Positions 1 through 8,645 of a stretch of 64,000 nucleotides of DNA are shown in pieces. The translations under genes and the position numbers were made by a program. The stretch is from Ruminococcaceae bacterium UBA3818 (GTDB lineage Bacteria; Bacillota; Clostridia; Oscillospirales; Ruminococcaceae). Every line of letters begins with the position of its first letter. Position 1 is the stretch's first letter. Location: contig DFDW01000036.1 of NCBI GenBank assembly GCA_002369315.1, forward strand, positions 12,928 to 76,927. Direction: 5' to 3'. The notes under the pieces were generated by a model. That model saw nothing but the letters and a program-made list of their open reading frames with translations, did not search any database and was not told where the DNA came from.

Positions 1-284
1 CGTTTGTTCACGCATACGATCAAAATTTTTTATTCTGTCCGGACAATGAACCATCGGAAGCTGAGATAAGCTTTGCATTTGACTGTATTAGTAATCCGGA
101 ACGATGTAAAAAAATGAAAACTTGACAAAACTTGACTTTCCACATGAGCGGGAAAGGGTATGAAAATCTTTTCGGCGTGTCCAGCCAAAACCGGGCGCAG
201 ACAATAGCACGGATATTTTTCCTGAAATAGCAATTTTTAGCACGTAAAAAAGCAAAAAAGACATTGCTTTTGGCGGTGATTTGT

Positions 285-336
285 GGCGCACATTTGGCGC
301 ACACGTGGCGCACATTTGGCGCACACGTGGCGCACA
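285..336. repeat. Five phased copies of GGCGCACA at exact 11-bp spacing (22-bp unit GGCGCACATTTGGCGCACACGT x2 plus a partial copy)
   Basis: Read directly: copies start at 285, 296, 307, 318 and 329. The overlapping minus-strand ORFs 20..382 and 88..357 are only translations of this repeat. Confidence 0.9.
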
Positions 337-453
337 AAACCATGAAATGTGCACCAAAACTATAAAAAGCTACAAAAAGCATATACCTAAAAAATGGCTT
401 ATTTATGCGATTTATGGCAATTTGCGAGAAGATAAAAAAGGGGAAAATTTCAT

Positions 454-498
<45 letters not shown>

Positions 499-501
499 GA
501 C

Positions 502-537
502 AAAAGCACCTGGTTTCGAAAGAAATCGGGTGCTTTT
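502..537 (+). terminator. Rho-independent terminator after the tRNA fragment
   Basis: AAAGCACC...GGGTGCTTTT hairpin followed by a T-rich tail. Confidence 0.6.
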
Positions 538-892
538 CTTATTTCTGCGCGCAAATGGCGGTAGATGAAGACTGCCTGCGAATCGGAAGAATTCGGTTTT
601 AGACCGGTTTAGACGGATCTGTTTCGGGGGCAAGCCGGCGTCGCGGGTAAAAAGTGAACAGAAAACACCGCCCGGAACCCCGTCGACGCGACGGCGGCGA
701 CGACGGGGCGGGGGGTAAAATGCGGGAAGCTTCCCATGAGTGGGAGAGTGACGGGAAGGCGCGGGAGAGTGTGCGGGAAAGCTCCTGCAGCAGAATGGTA
801 AGGACATCAGGGCCAAACCCATGGCCGCAGCGCGAAATTCCCGGATTCCCGCTGATTTTGAGCATGAGGTCTGAATCTCACGCAAAGCTGGT

Positions 893-1183
893 CCTGTTCT
901 TCTGGATCTTGATTTGCCGGATTTTGACGGGATGGAGGTTATCAAAAAAGTCCGTGAATGGTCTGAGGTGCCGATCATCGTTGTCTCCGCCCGGGATCAG
1001 GACAATGAGAAAGCGTCGGCATTGGACAGCGGTGCGGACGACTATCTGACAAAGCCCTTCTCTGCCACGGAACTGATGGCCCGAATTCGGGTGGCGCTCC
1101 GGCGGAAAATCGAGAAGTCGCCGGCAAAGCCACGCTACATTTTAACAGAAATCGGCGTCGGCTACCGGCTGGCAGACGAATAA
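893..1183 (+). pseudogene. KdpE-like (OmpR-family) response regulator remnant: N-terminus lost, most of the wHTH domain deleted
   Basis: PVLLDLDLPDFDGMEVIKKVREWSEVPIIVVSARDQDNEKASALDSGADDYLTKPFSATELMARIRVALRR is the distal half of a receiver domain. It is joined directly to the last ~20 aa of a winged helix (PRYILTEIGVGYRLADE). There is no ATG or RBS, and the upstream receiver residues are out of frame. Confidence 0.7.
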
Positions 1184-1194
1184 CCAAATACGGA

Positions 1195-1228
1195 AACGCC
1201 CTGGAAGCTCATTCCAGGGCGTTTTCGT
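1195..1228. terminator. Bidirectional terminator between the KdpE remnant and corA
   Basis: AACGCCCTGG / CCAGGGCGTT 10-bp stem flanked by an A-run and a T-run. Confidence 0.75.
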
Positions 1229-2143
1229 TTACCAGTACCGTTTTTTCTTGAAGTAGTAAATGCAGCCGCCAACGATCAATGCACTCAACGCAATTACCGC
1301 CGGATACCCATAGGTCCAATGCAGTTCCGGCATATTGGCAAAGTTCATTCCATACCATCCTGCAATCAAAGACAGTGGCATGAAAATTGTGGTTACGATT
1401 GTCAAAAGCTTCATAATCCGGTTTTGCCCCAAATCTACCTGCGCCTGGTATTCACTGCTGACCTGGCTTGCGTATTCCCGCAGCATCTGGGTTTCTTCCT
1501 GTAAGCGGTTCAGTCTGCGAAGAATGTACTGCAGCCTGCCGGAACTGCCTTCATCCAGCAGATCGGTGGTGTTTTCCTGCAGGGTTGCCACCATATCATT
1601 CATCTGAGCGTAGTACCGGTTATGTTGATTCAGCTCCTTCCTGAGCAGGCTCATCTGCCTGATAAACCTGTCCGTCCGGTTATCCAGTACCATTTGCTCC
1701 AGTCCGGAAATGCGCTCTTCCATGTTCTGAATATGGGAGAGGTCATCCATGATCAGGGCCAGATAGAAATCCATCAGCACATCATCCGCCCCATCCGCAT
1801 GATGTGGGCGCATGCTCTTGACCCGTTCCATACATTCGCCAGCTTCTCCGTCCGGATCAATGAAAAGAAGATCACTGTTCCACCATGTGAAAACAACCCT
1901 CTTTTCATGCTGATGTGGTCTTGCCGGAATATGGATCTCACCGATGATCCGATTCTGCTCAACCATCAACCGGCAGCTCTTGATTTTTTCTGCACGGAGC
2001 ATGGAATCCGGCGGAAGCAGCATAGGCGGCAGCTCATTTGCTTCTATTTCTTCTGGCTTCAGAATGACTACGATGTTCTCCCAACCCTCTGCATCTTCCG
2101 GTTGTATGAGCTTCAGCGTCTCAGCTATATGATAGTACATCAT
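1229..2143 (-). CDS. corA: CorA-family magnesium/cobalt transporter
   Basis: C-terminal YGMNF(A)NMPE (GMN) motif and two TM helices. Start moved to MMYYHIAE, behind a GAGGAGG RBS. Confidence 0.9.
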   Translation of the reverse strand: MMYYHIAETLKLIQPEDAEGWENIVVILKPEEIEANELPPMLLPPDSMLRAEKIKSCRLMVEQNRIIGEIHIPARPHQHEKRVVFTWWNSDLLFIDPDGEAGECMERVKSMRPHHADGADDVLMDFYLALIMDDLSHIQNMEERISGLEQMVLDNRTDRFIRQMSLLRKELNQHNRYYAQMNDMVATLQENTTDLLDEGSSGRLQYILRRLNRLQEETQMLREYASQVSSEYQAQVDLGQNRIMKLLTIVTTIFMPLSLIAGWYGMNFANMPELHWTYGYPAVIALSALIVGGCIYYFKKKRYW

Positions 2144-2407
2144 GTGATCCTCCTCGTATCTCAAGTCCACCGCAAAACATACCAGCGCAAGGCCCGTCAA
2201 CAGGCTACATGGTTGGATGATACGGTTTCACGGGCTTCTGCTTTCCTGCCAGTTTATAATAATCTCCCTCAATGATATCGTCAACACAAACTGATGCCAA
2301 TATTGGTGCGGAGACTTTCTATGAATTCAACACAAAAGTCAACGCCGCAAATCATGCACTACGCTTTCAAAACATGGTGCATTGTATCCACAAGCGGTAG
2401 ATATGCC

Positions 2408-2453
2408 AGAAGAAGAAGCCGATGGGATCGCGATTCCATCGGCTTCTTCTTTT
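2408..2453 (+). terminator. Orphan terminator-like hairpin with no gene upstream
   Basis: AGAAGAAGCCGATGG...CCATCGGCTTCTTCT stem followed by TTTT. No credible plus-strand CDS precedes it. Confidence 0.4.
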
Positions 2454-2578
2454 GTCTGAAACTGGGATCGACCCAGATTTTGACCCAAACCACGAAACGT
2501 CGGAAAGGTCAGGAGAGGCTTAGAAAGCATTGGATAGCAAATTCCTCATTACATCGGCGGCTTGGCGTTGTGCTGCGG

Positions 2579-2895
2579 TTATACCGCAAAATGAGGGGCC
2601 GGAAATATCCGGCCCCTCATTATAAAGCATGCCAAAACAGGTGAGCACAGGGCAAAATCGTCCATCCGATGATGAAAGATTTGTCGCAGACACCATGACT
2701 GAGCGCAGCCACAGCGTAATACTCGATCAGCATCCCCAGCGAAGGTAAGGGCATTTGCCGCGGCTCTCCTGGGCATTCACTGCAAATGGAGATCAAGGCG
2801 CCCAAAAGGATCCGCACTGCCATCCGTGAGAAGATCTCCCCCAGGTCTTGTGTATATGTCCAATAATTGGGATAGTATTCCCATACACAGGCCAA
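2579..2895 (-). pseudogene. Truncated and frameshifted paralog of the 5997..6482 membrane protein
   Basis: LGEIFSRMAVRILLGALISI...YYAVAALSHGVCDKSFIIGWT aligns with LGEVFSQMAVWILMGTLISI...YYFVAALSHGVYSMVFIIGWT. Similarity continues in another frame (FALCSPVLACF, ORF 2579..2776) and then ends. Confidence 0.6.
2591..2620 (-). terminator. Terminator hairpin
   Basis: ATGAGGGGCCGG aaatat CCGGCCCCTCAT perfect 12-bp stem. Confidence 0.55.
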
Positions 2896-2982
2896 TGATG
2901 AACATGGCGAGCAGATTCAACAGTATCTTTCTCACATTTCTTTCTACATGACATGAGCTGCCATGATATTACAGTATCATGA

Positions 2983-3698
2983 TCAGATCGCATTCCAATA
3001 AACGAAGAAAATCAGGATACAGCCCCAGGCGTTCCCCGTTTCCTTGCGGACAATCAGCATCCCATAAATCAGAATGAAGGTTGCCACCATTTCAAGTACT
3101 GCATCCGGCGTTACGCCAACAGCCCCGTGTATGAGAATGCACATCACAGCGCATACCAAAGCGCCCCAGTCAAAGAATCGGTATTTGCTTGGAGAGAGCA
3201 TACTGATTTTGTCCCGGATGACCACATAGTTGAAGCCCTCAAAAAAGCCCCAAAACAAGGCTGTGATCAGATACCCGATAACATTTGGCAGGGAATGGGC
3301 TTGCAAGAACCTCCGCCGTGGTATGAACCCCTGAAAGGGGCACCAGCCGGAAACAGACCCCCGCACCAGGTAGTAAGTCAGTTCCGGCACGCAGCACAAA
3401 TACTCAGCAATAGTGAAGGAATCAGATTTTTGGTGTTCAGGCCAAATTCCCGAAACCGCTGTTTTCGGATCAGGCACACAATGGAAATCCCCAGACCGGA
3501 TACCGCAAACTGGCCGCACAGTCCAATCGCCAGGACACGAAGAACAATGGGAATGCTGCGGTTGCCTGCAAAGTCGTTCATTCCGTTTTGCATGGCAAAA
3601 ACGACGATCCCAAGGGCAAGAAAACTGACAATTCCGATGATCCACAGATCGGTGATCAGCTTTTTCCTTTCCTCCGTATTGATTCTTGCTGCTGTCAT
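2983..3698 (-). pseudogene. Multi-pass membrane protein gene split by a frameshift (or an assembly indel)
   Basis: The N-terminal part is in ORF 3378..3698 (MTAARINTEERKKLITDLWIIGIVSFLALGIVV...). The hydrophobic C-terminal part is in ORF 2983..3645 (...LITALFWGFFEGFNYVVIRDK...ILIYGMLIVRKETGNAWGCILIFFVYWNAI). The frame switches near 3380-3400. Confidence 0.5.
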
Positions 3699-4045
3699 TT
3701 CGAATCCTCCTGTTCCTTTTTAGTTATGTGATCGATCCGCTCATTGGTAAACCGTCCTTTTATGAGATGAATTCCTAATACGGCGTTAAATACGACCGCT
3801 GAAAAAGTACTAAATCTTTCAAACAGACCGAATACCGTTTTGGGCAGCAAAGATGTACCGATCGGACCGGTTATCATCGCCGCAAGACAGACAACTGCCC
3901 ATACACACAGCGATCTAATCTGCTCTTTTTTCGCTCTGGCTGCAATCAGCACCAAGGACGCCAATGAAAACACCACCATCGCCGTATAGGACAGCAGGCT
4001 AATGACCCCGAAAACCCCAAGTATTCTGACTCGTTTTTTCATCAT
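3695..4045 (-). CDS. Small integral membrane protein, function unknown
   Basis: 116-aa hydrophobic ORF. Its stop overlaps the next start as ATGA (3695-3698), implying translational coupling. Confidence 0.55.
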   Translation of the reverse strand: MMKKRVRILGVFGVISLLSYTAMVVFSLASLVLIAARAKKEQIRSLCVWAVVCLAAMITGPIGTSLLPKTVFGLFERFSTFSAVVFNAVLGIHLIKGRFTNERIDHITKKEQEDSK

Positions 4046-4083
4046 ATTTCATCGCTCCTCAATCAATCTGGGATTCAGAAATG

Positions 4084-4512
4084 TCATATTCTCTCACCAT
4101 CGTACTGCATAGGGGTAAACCGCAATCCATCGACGGTTTGTTCTCTGTCGGTTTGGGTAAATCCTAGGTGCCGGTAGACCTCCTCCGCATAGGGGGAAGA
4201 ATTGACCGTGAACACCTGGCGGGCATAATCCTGCCGCATGGCCTCGAACAGCCGTCTTCCAATGCCCCGGCGGTGATAGGTCGCATCGACGAAAAACCCT
4301 CCGATATGTTGGGGTGCTCCCATACAGAGTGTTCCAACAAGTTTGTCGCCATCAAAAGAGCCATAAAAGGTCAGCTTGCGAATTCGCTCTTGATCTTCCA
4401 GACTTGTCCGGAAATGGTCAATGCCCTCCTGCGAGTACTCCGGCGCTTCAAACTCCAGATTGGAGGGATATCCGCCCAGCATGGCAGGCTGGAAACGGTT
4501 GAGCTGCTCCAC
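4084..4512 (-). CDS. GNAT-family N-acetyltransferase
   Basis: Acetyl-CoA binding motif HRRGIGRRLFEAM. GTG start, exact start uncertain. Confidence 0.75.
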   Translation of the reverse strand: MEQLNRFQPAMLGGYPSNLEFEAPEYSQEGIDHFRTSLEDQERIRKLTFYGSFDGDKLVGTLCMGAPQHIGGFFVDATYHRRGIGRRLFEAMRQDYARQVFTVNSSPYAEEVYRHLGFTQTDREQTVDGLRFTPMQYDGERI

Positions 4513-4545
4513 GATCTTCTCGGTGGGCCACAGAGCGCTGGAAAG

Positions 4546-5046
4546 TCAAAATTGGCGTTTTTTCCATGGCATCATCAAAAGCTTGGAGCGGATTGTACTG
4601 TTCCCCAGATAAAAGCCGCTGTCCGCATACACGCCCATGGATTTTCCGCCTTTCCGAATAAAGGCGCTCATGTCCTTTTTCCGGGCATAGGAGCGGCTGG
4701 CGCTGACAGCAGCCATCACATTGTTTACGGTTTTGTCGCAGAGCATTACCAGAGGATTGCCTGTGGAGCCGGAGGTGGTCACCACCATGTATTTGCCCTG
4801 CCACTTACGGCCGATGTTGTCCTTATCATGCATAAAGTCGTTCATCTGCTGTAGGGTAACGGTACCGTCCGTTACCCAGTCATCCCAGTGATCCATCAGC
4901 TGCCTCTTATTGGTTGCGGGCAGATCGGACAGGGTAAACTGCTCCGGAACATCAGCATACAGTTTGGCATAGTAGGGGCTGTTCTGCCTCGAATAGCTTA
5001 CCAGTTCCCGGAGCCTCTGGTTATGTATCTCAGTTCTGCGCTCCAA
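4546..5046 (-). pseudogene. N-terminal ~165-aa fragment of a PaaK / F390-synthetase-like adenylate-forming enzyme
   Basis: SPYYAKLY and VVTTSGSTGNPL motifs match the phenylacetate-CoA ligase family (full length ~430 aa). The ORF stops 34 nt before the GNAT gene, and only a TTG start is available. Confidence 0.6.
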
Positions 5047-5320
5047 AGATGCTTTTTGCTACTCTCTGCAAAGCAGCATCGCTTTCATCAGGCCAATGGA
5101 TTTCATAGAGTTTTCCTCCCTTTTTGCTGGTTCAAAGTGAAAGAACGGACCTGTCAAAGTCAGAGCTTTGGGCTGATGATCGGCTTTCCGTCTGCATCCA
5201 GCAGTGGCGTCATCCGCCGCTGCAGCGTTCTGTACATACAGGGAATTCACACCGGTTTCCTTATTGACATAAATGATTCTCTTTTCAAGACCGGCGGAAT
5301 AAATCTCTTTGTATATCCTT

Positions 5321-5713
5321 TCAAAACGATTCAAGTTGAATATGGATGGTTCCTTTTGCACGACGAGCTTCCACAACAACCGTGTAGATACCGCTTTCCC
5401 GGATATTCAACGTAAAATCCGTGGTTTCCTTCCCGTTCCCACGGTAAACGGCTGTCCCGTCCGGCGCTTTGATCTCCATGTACAGTTCGCCTTTCTCGGC
5501 TTCAAACTGGATTTGAAGAACATCCCCCTCGCGCAGCTCTAGCGTGTGCAGATCGGTTCCGTTCATCTTCTCAATGTCCAGGAGATACTCGACCGGATTT
5601 TTGACACGGCTGCCCGTAAAGCCCGCCTGATTGCAGCAGAACAGAAATATGGCAGCCCCTGTAAGAATCAGCAGGAGAAGCACGATAAAAACAGACTTAT
5701 TCCTTTTCGTCAT
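5321..5713 (-). CDS. Hypothetical membrane-anchored protein
   Basis: MTKRNKSVFIVLLLLILTGAAIFLF signal-anchor followed by a beta-rich domain. An AGAGGGA RBS precedes the ATG at 5713. Confidence 0.6.
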   Translation of the reverse strand: MTKRNKSVFIVLLLLILTGAAIFLFCCNQAGFTGSRVKNPVEYLLDIEKMNGTDLHTLELREGDVLQIQFEAEKGELYMEIKAPDGTAVYRGNGKETTDFTLNIRESGIYTVVVEARRAKGTIHIQLESF

Positions 5714-5982
5714 TGTTCGGTCCCTCTTTTTTGATGCAGGTTCCAATGGCCAGGCCGATCAGCATACCCAAGGAGATACCGATACCGGTATTATTCCCCA
5801 GGGCGGTGCCGATGGCTGTTCCAAAGCACATACCCAGGCACATTCCCGTGGTTCCATAATCGTCAGGCTGTTCTTCTTTCTTTCTTTTCCTTTCCCGCAT
5901 TTTTTGCGATAAACACTGCCAGCAGCAAACCAACCGCGATCCACGGCAGTGCTGCCCGAAGAAAATCGAATACATTTTCCAT
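5697..5982 (-). pseudogene. Small Gly-zipper membrane protein interrupted by a frameshift in an A/G-rich tract (or two small ORFs)
   Basis: ATG at 5982 with a GGAG RBS gives MENVFDFLRAALPWIAVGLLLAVFIAKNAGKEKKERRTA*. The Gly-zipper part (GMCLGMCFGTAIGTALGNNTGIGISLGMLIGLAIG) lies in another frame. The switch falls within aaaaaatgcgggaaaggaaaagaaagaaagaagaa (~5863-5900). Confidence 0.5.
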
Positions 5983-5996
5983 AAGATCATCTCCTT

Positions 5997-6482
5997 TTAC
6001 CTGTTCACTTTTTTGAAGAACAAGAAGTAGATCAAAGCGCCGTCAATAATAAAATCATATATTCGCAGCCTGTCAAACAACAGGATGGAGGATAGGATCG
6101 AAACAGCCACGATCCCCACACTCACAATTCTGGCGAATATTCCGCATCCTTTTGCCAGCCACGCAAAGTAAGCCATGACAGGCGAGCACAGCGCGAACAC
6201 TGTCCACCCGATGATAAATACCATCGAATATACCCCGTGGCTCAAGGCGGCTACGAAATAATATGTCAGCAGCATTCCAAGGCAAAATACCAAAACATTT
6301 GCCATCGCGAGCTTCGCCGTCCTGCTGTAAATGGAGATCAGAGTGCCCATCAGGATCCAGACCGCCATCTGGGAAAAGACTTCTCCCAAATTTGTTGTGA
6401 AAATATCCAACAGTCTCGCAGCAGTTCCGATGGCAAGCCCGGAACACAGCATGGAAAATGGATTCATGATACTTCTCTTCAT
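5997..6482 (-). CDS. Uncharacterised multi-pass membrane protein (intact copy of a family present three times in this window)
   Basis: MKRSIMNPFSMLCSGLAIG... behind a GGAGGA RBS, with ~5 TM segments. Paralogs at 2579..2895 and 52034..52690. Confidence 0.7.
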   Translation of the reverse strand: MKRSIMNPFSMLCSGLAIGTAARLLDIFTTNLGEVFSQMAVWILMGTLISIYSRTAKLAMANVLVFCLGMLLTYYFVAALSHGVYSMVFIIGWTVFALCSPVMAYFAWLAKGCGIFARIVSVGIVAVSILSSILLFDRLRIYDFIIDGALIYFLFFKKVNR

Positions 6483-6486
6483 CCGC

Positions 6487-6720
6487 TCATCCTCCATGAG
6501 ATTCGTCCGGGTCATGGTCGTTTCCCAAATTCCGGCGTTTGTGGTCATCTCTGTCCTCCGCGACACGGAAATTGTGTGCCGCGAAGAACATACAGGCAGC
6601 TGCGGCAAACAGGATGCCGCCATAGGCAATCCTCGCACAGACTGCCATGAGAATACCCGAGATACTCATCCATGCTCCGGCACAGATGAGCATACGGGAA
6701 GTAAAATGTTTATCCTTCAT
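6487..6720 (-). CDS. Small membrane protein
   Basis: 77-aa ORF with two hydrophobic helices and a GGAGGA RBS. Overlaps the upstream gene by 11 nt. Confidence 0.55.
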   Translation of the reverse strand: MKDKHFTSRMLICAGAWMSISGILMAVCARIAYGGILFAAAACMFFAAHNFRVAEDRDDHKRRNLGNDHDPDESHGG

Positions 6721-7420
6721 CGTCTTTGTCCTCCATGATTCTGCCGTCTGCCGTGATGGTCAGAAACATTTTTTCTACCTGGGCATCAAAAGAGAACGCC
6801 CCGGATGCCACAATGCGTCCATCCGCGTCTTTGGCGGCAATGCGAAAGGGCACCGGGGTACCCGCATCCTTGGAAACCATCATGATATCGTTATCCATAA
6901 AGATGTATTCTCCACTCTCTATTGCGGTGAGATCAGCATTGTTCATTCCTCTGTTGAAGCCGTCATAGGACATGGAGACGGAAACTACATCGTTGCGTTC
7001 CAGCTTTACATAGACACCGTACTGCTCCGACTGGGGGAGGAAGCCAGTCGGAGCGCGCCAAAGGGAGGCTTCGTTCATTCTGGTTTTTAAGATCACCTCA
7101 TTGATCTTGCCCTTGATCGGGATGGTGATATCAAAGTCGCCTGTCTCAAAGAATCCAAACACGGCGCTGAACCGAAAGCCCACATAGAATTTTCCGTCCT
7201 GTTCTTTGGAATAATAGCCACAGAAGCCCTCCGGGATGGAACCGGGATAGAATCCGGTAATATGTACTGCCGTCTCGCTGACTTCCACCGAGGTGATCCC
7301 CGCACCCTGGCAGGCGCGAAAGCCGCCCAGCTTCCATCCGTAGCGCCCGGCAAGGAAAACCGCCGTCAAAACCACCGCAATGGTCAGCAGCACAGTCGGT
7401 GTTTTTTTCAATACTTTCAT
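6710..7420 (-). CDS. Hypothetical membrane-anchored or secreted protein
   Basis: MKVLKKTPTVLLTIAVVLTAVFLAG signal-anchor with an AGGAGGGAG RBS. First gene of a co-directional run of membrane-protein genes. Confidence 0.65.
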   Translation of the reverse strand: MKVLKKTPTVLLTIAVVLTAVFLAGRYGWKLGGFRACQGAGITSVEVSETAVHITGFYPGSIPEGFCGYYSKEQDGKFYVGFRFSAVFGFFETGDFDITIPIKGKINEVILKTRMNEASLWRAPTGFLPQSEQYGVYVKLERNDVVSVSMSYDGFNRGMNNADLTAIESGEYIFMDNDIMMVSKDAGTPVPFRIAAKDADGRIVASGAFSFDAQVEKMFLTITADGRIMEDKDDEG

Positions 7421-8217
7421 TTTCTCCCTCCTGATATGCAGCCGGTGTACAGGCTCGTAACCTTAGGATCCAGCTTGCTGACAATTCAGCCTTTTACCAT
7501 CGTCCTGTCGTTCAGGGCAGGACCTGATGCCCCAATTTTTTATATAAGGAATGTGCGCCGCAGGTGATCAACATGCCGCCAAGCCTTTCGAACTTTGGCA
7601 GTTGCCTGAGCGTGGTGACCGCGCGGCAGCTCTCACCGCAGCTCTCACCGCAGGGGAATTTCCAATCACAATCCCTTTTCTTCGATTTCCTGTGGAGGCA
7701 CGTGAGACGGTCTTTCCCGCACTTCGGACATACCGATTTTTCACCATGCAACAGTTTTTTATCAGCGCGACCACCGTATCTCTGCCGCCTGAATACATGC
7801 GCTTCTCCTTTTCTTAGTGCGCGGCTCACCTTGCTTTTCGCTCCCGCCGCTCTGCCTTACGCTGTTCTTTCTGCGCCAGCTTTTCACAGCGGGTAGGCGG
7901 TTTGCGGTCAGAAGCGTGGTGATGTTCCCGGCAGGCTGCGCAGTTGCCATGTCTGGGACATTAGCAGAAAGATCCTGCATTACTATTATAGCTGCCTATC
8001 GTTCGGTAGTCAATGGAAAAGATGTGGAAAAATGCTGATATCTCAGAAACAAAGCATATTTTCTATGCGTTTTTTGCTTTAACTGTCATGGCAGAGAGCA
8101 GGGCGTTTATTCCTTCAGTCCACCTTTGAAAATGAATGGATAAGGCTGCTCTGTTTTTCGGTTTCAGGATACATCATTGATTTTTGAATAGATTATAAGC
8201 TGTAGGCTATCAGCGGT

Positions 8218-8520
8218 TTGGAGGCGTATCTGCATACCAATGATATTCCCCAAAAACTTGCCATGCGGATCCTGAAAACCGCCAATGAATTCTATGGCGG
8301 CAGTTGGGCAGGTATCCTGTTACGGCGGGAGGTTTCTCTGATATCTGTGCATCGGTTGATTGAATCCACGTCAAATGGTATCAGATCAATCCGGAACCGC
8401 ATATCATTGCAGATCTGTGGCAATTCGATACGCATTGGGAAAGAACCCAGAAAGCAGGTATACTGTCTCCTACAAAATGGAATTTAACTCCGCCAAAATA
8501 TTCTGATCATTTTTGAGACG
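8218..8520 (+). pseudogene. Possible frameshifted N-terminal fragment of a sensor protein
   Basis: IPQKLAMRILKTANEFYGGSWAGILL, then after a frame change IHVKWYQINPEPHIIADLWQF. This resembles the N-terminal sensor region of the decayed kinase at 14585. Only ~100 aa remain and nothing follows. Confidence 0.3.
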
Positions 8521-8645
8521 ATAAAAAATAGCGTTAAGCCCGGCTGCACGGAACTTAACACTATTTGGGGTCATAGAAAAGGGAGGTTTATCGTACACCA
8601 GTTTTTCTATCATAAAGGCAAAGAGGGAAAAACGAGGTGTTAAAT

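Noticed and set aside
20-382. Minus-strand ORFs of 120, 89 and 67 aa at the left edge
   Set aside because: Their sequences (CATCAPNVRHVCAKCAP...) are translations of the GGCGCACA repeat. They have no RBS and use TTG or weak starts.
5059-5379. 106-aa minus-strand ORF as a gene
   Set aside because: It overlaps the 3' end of the 5321..5713 gene, has no RBS at its ATG, and has no recognisable features. Only its last 15 codons have a convincing RBS, which is reported separately as a micro-ORF.
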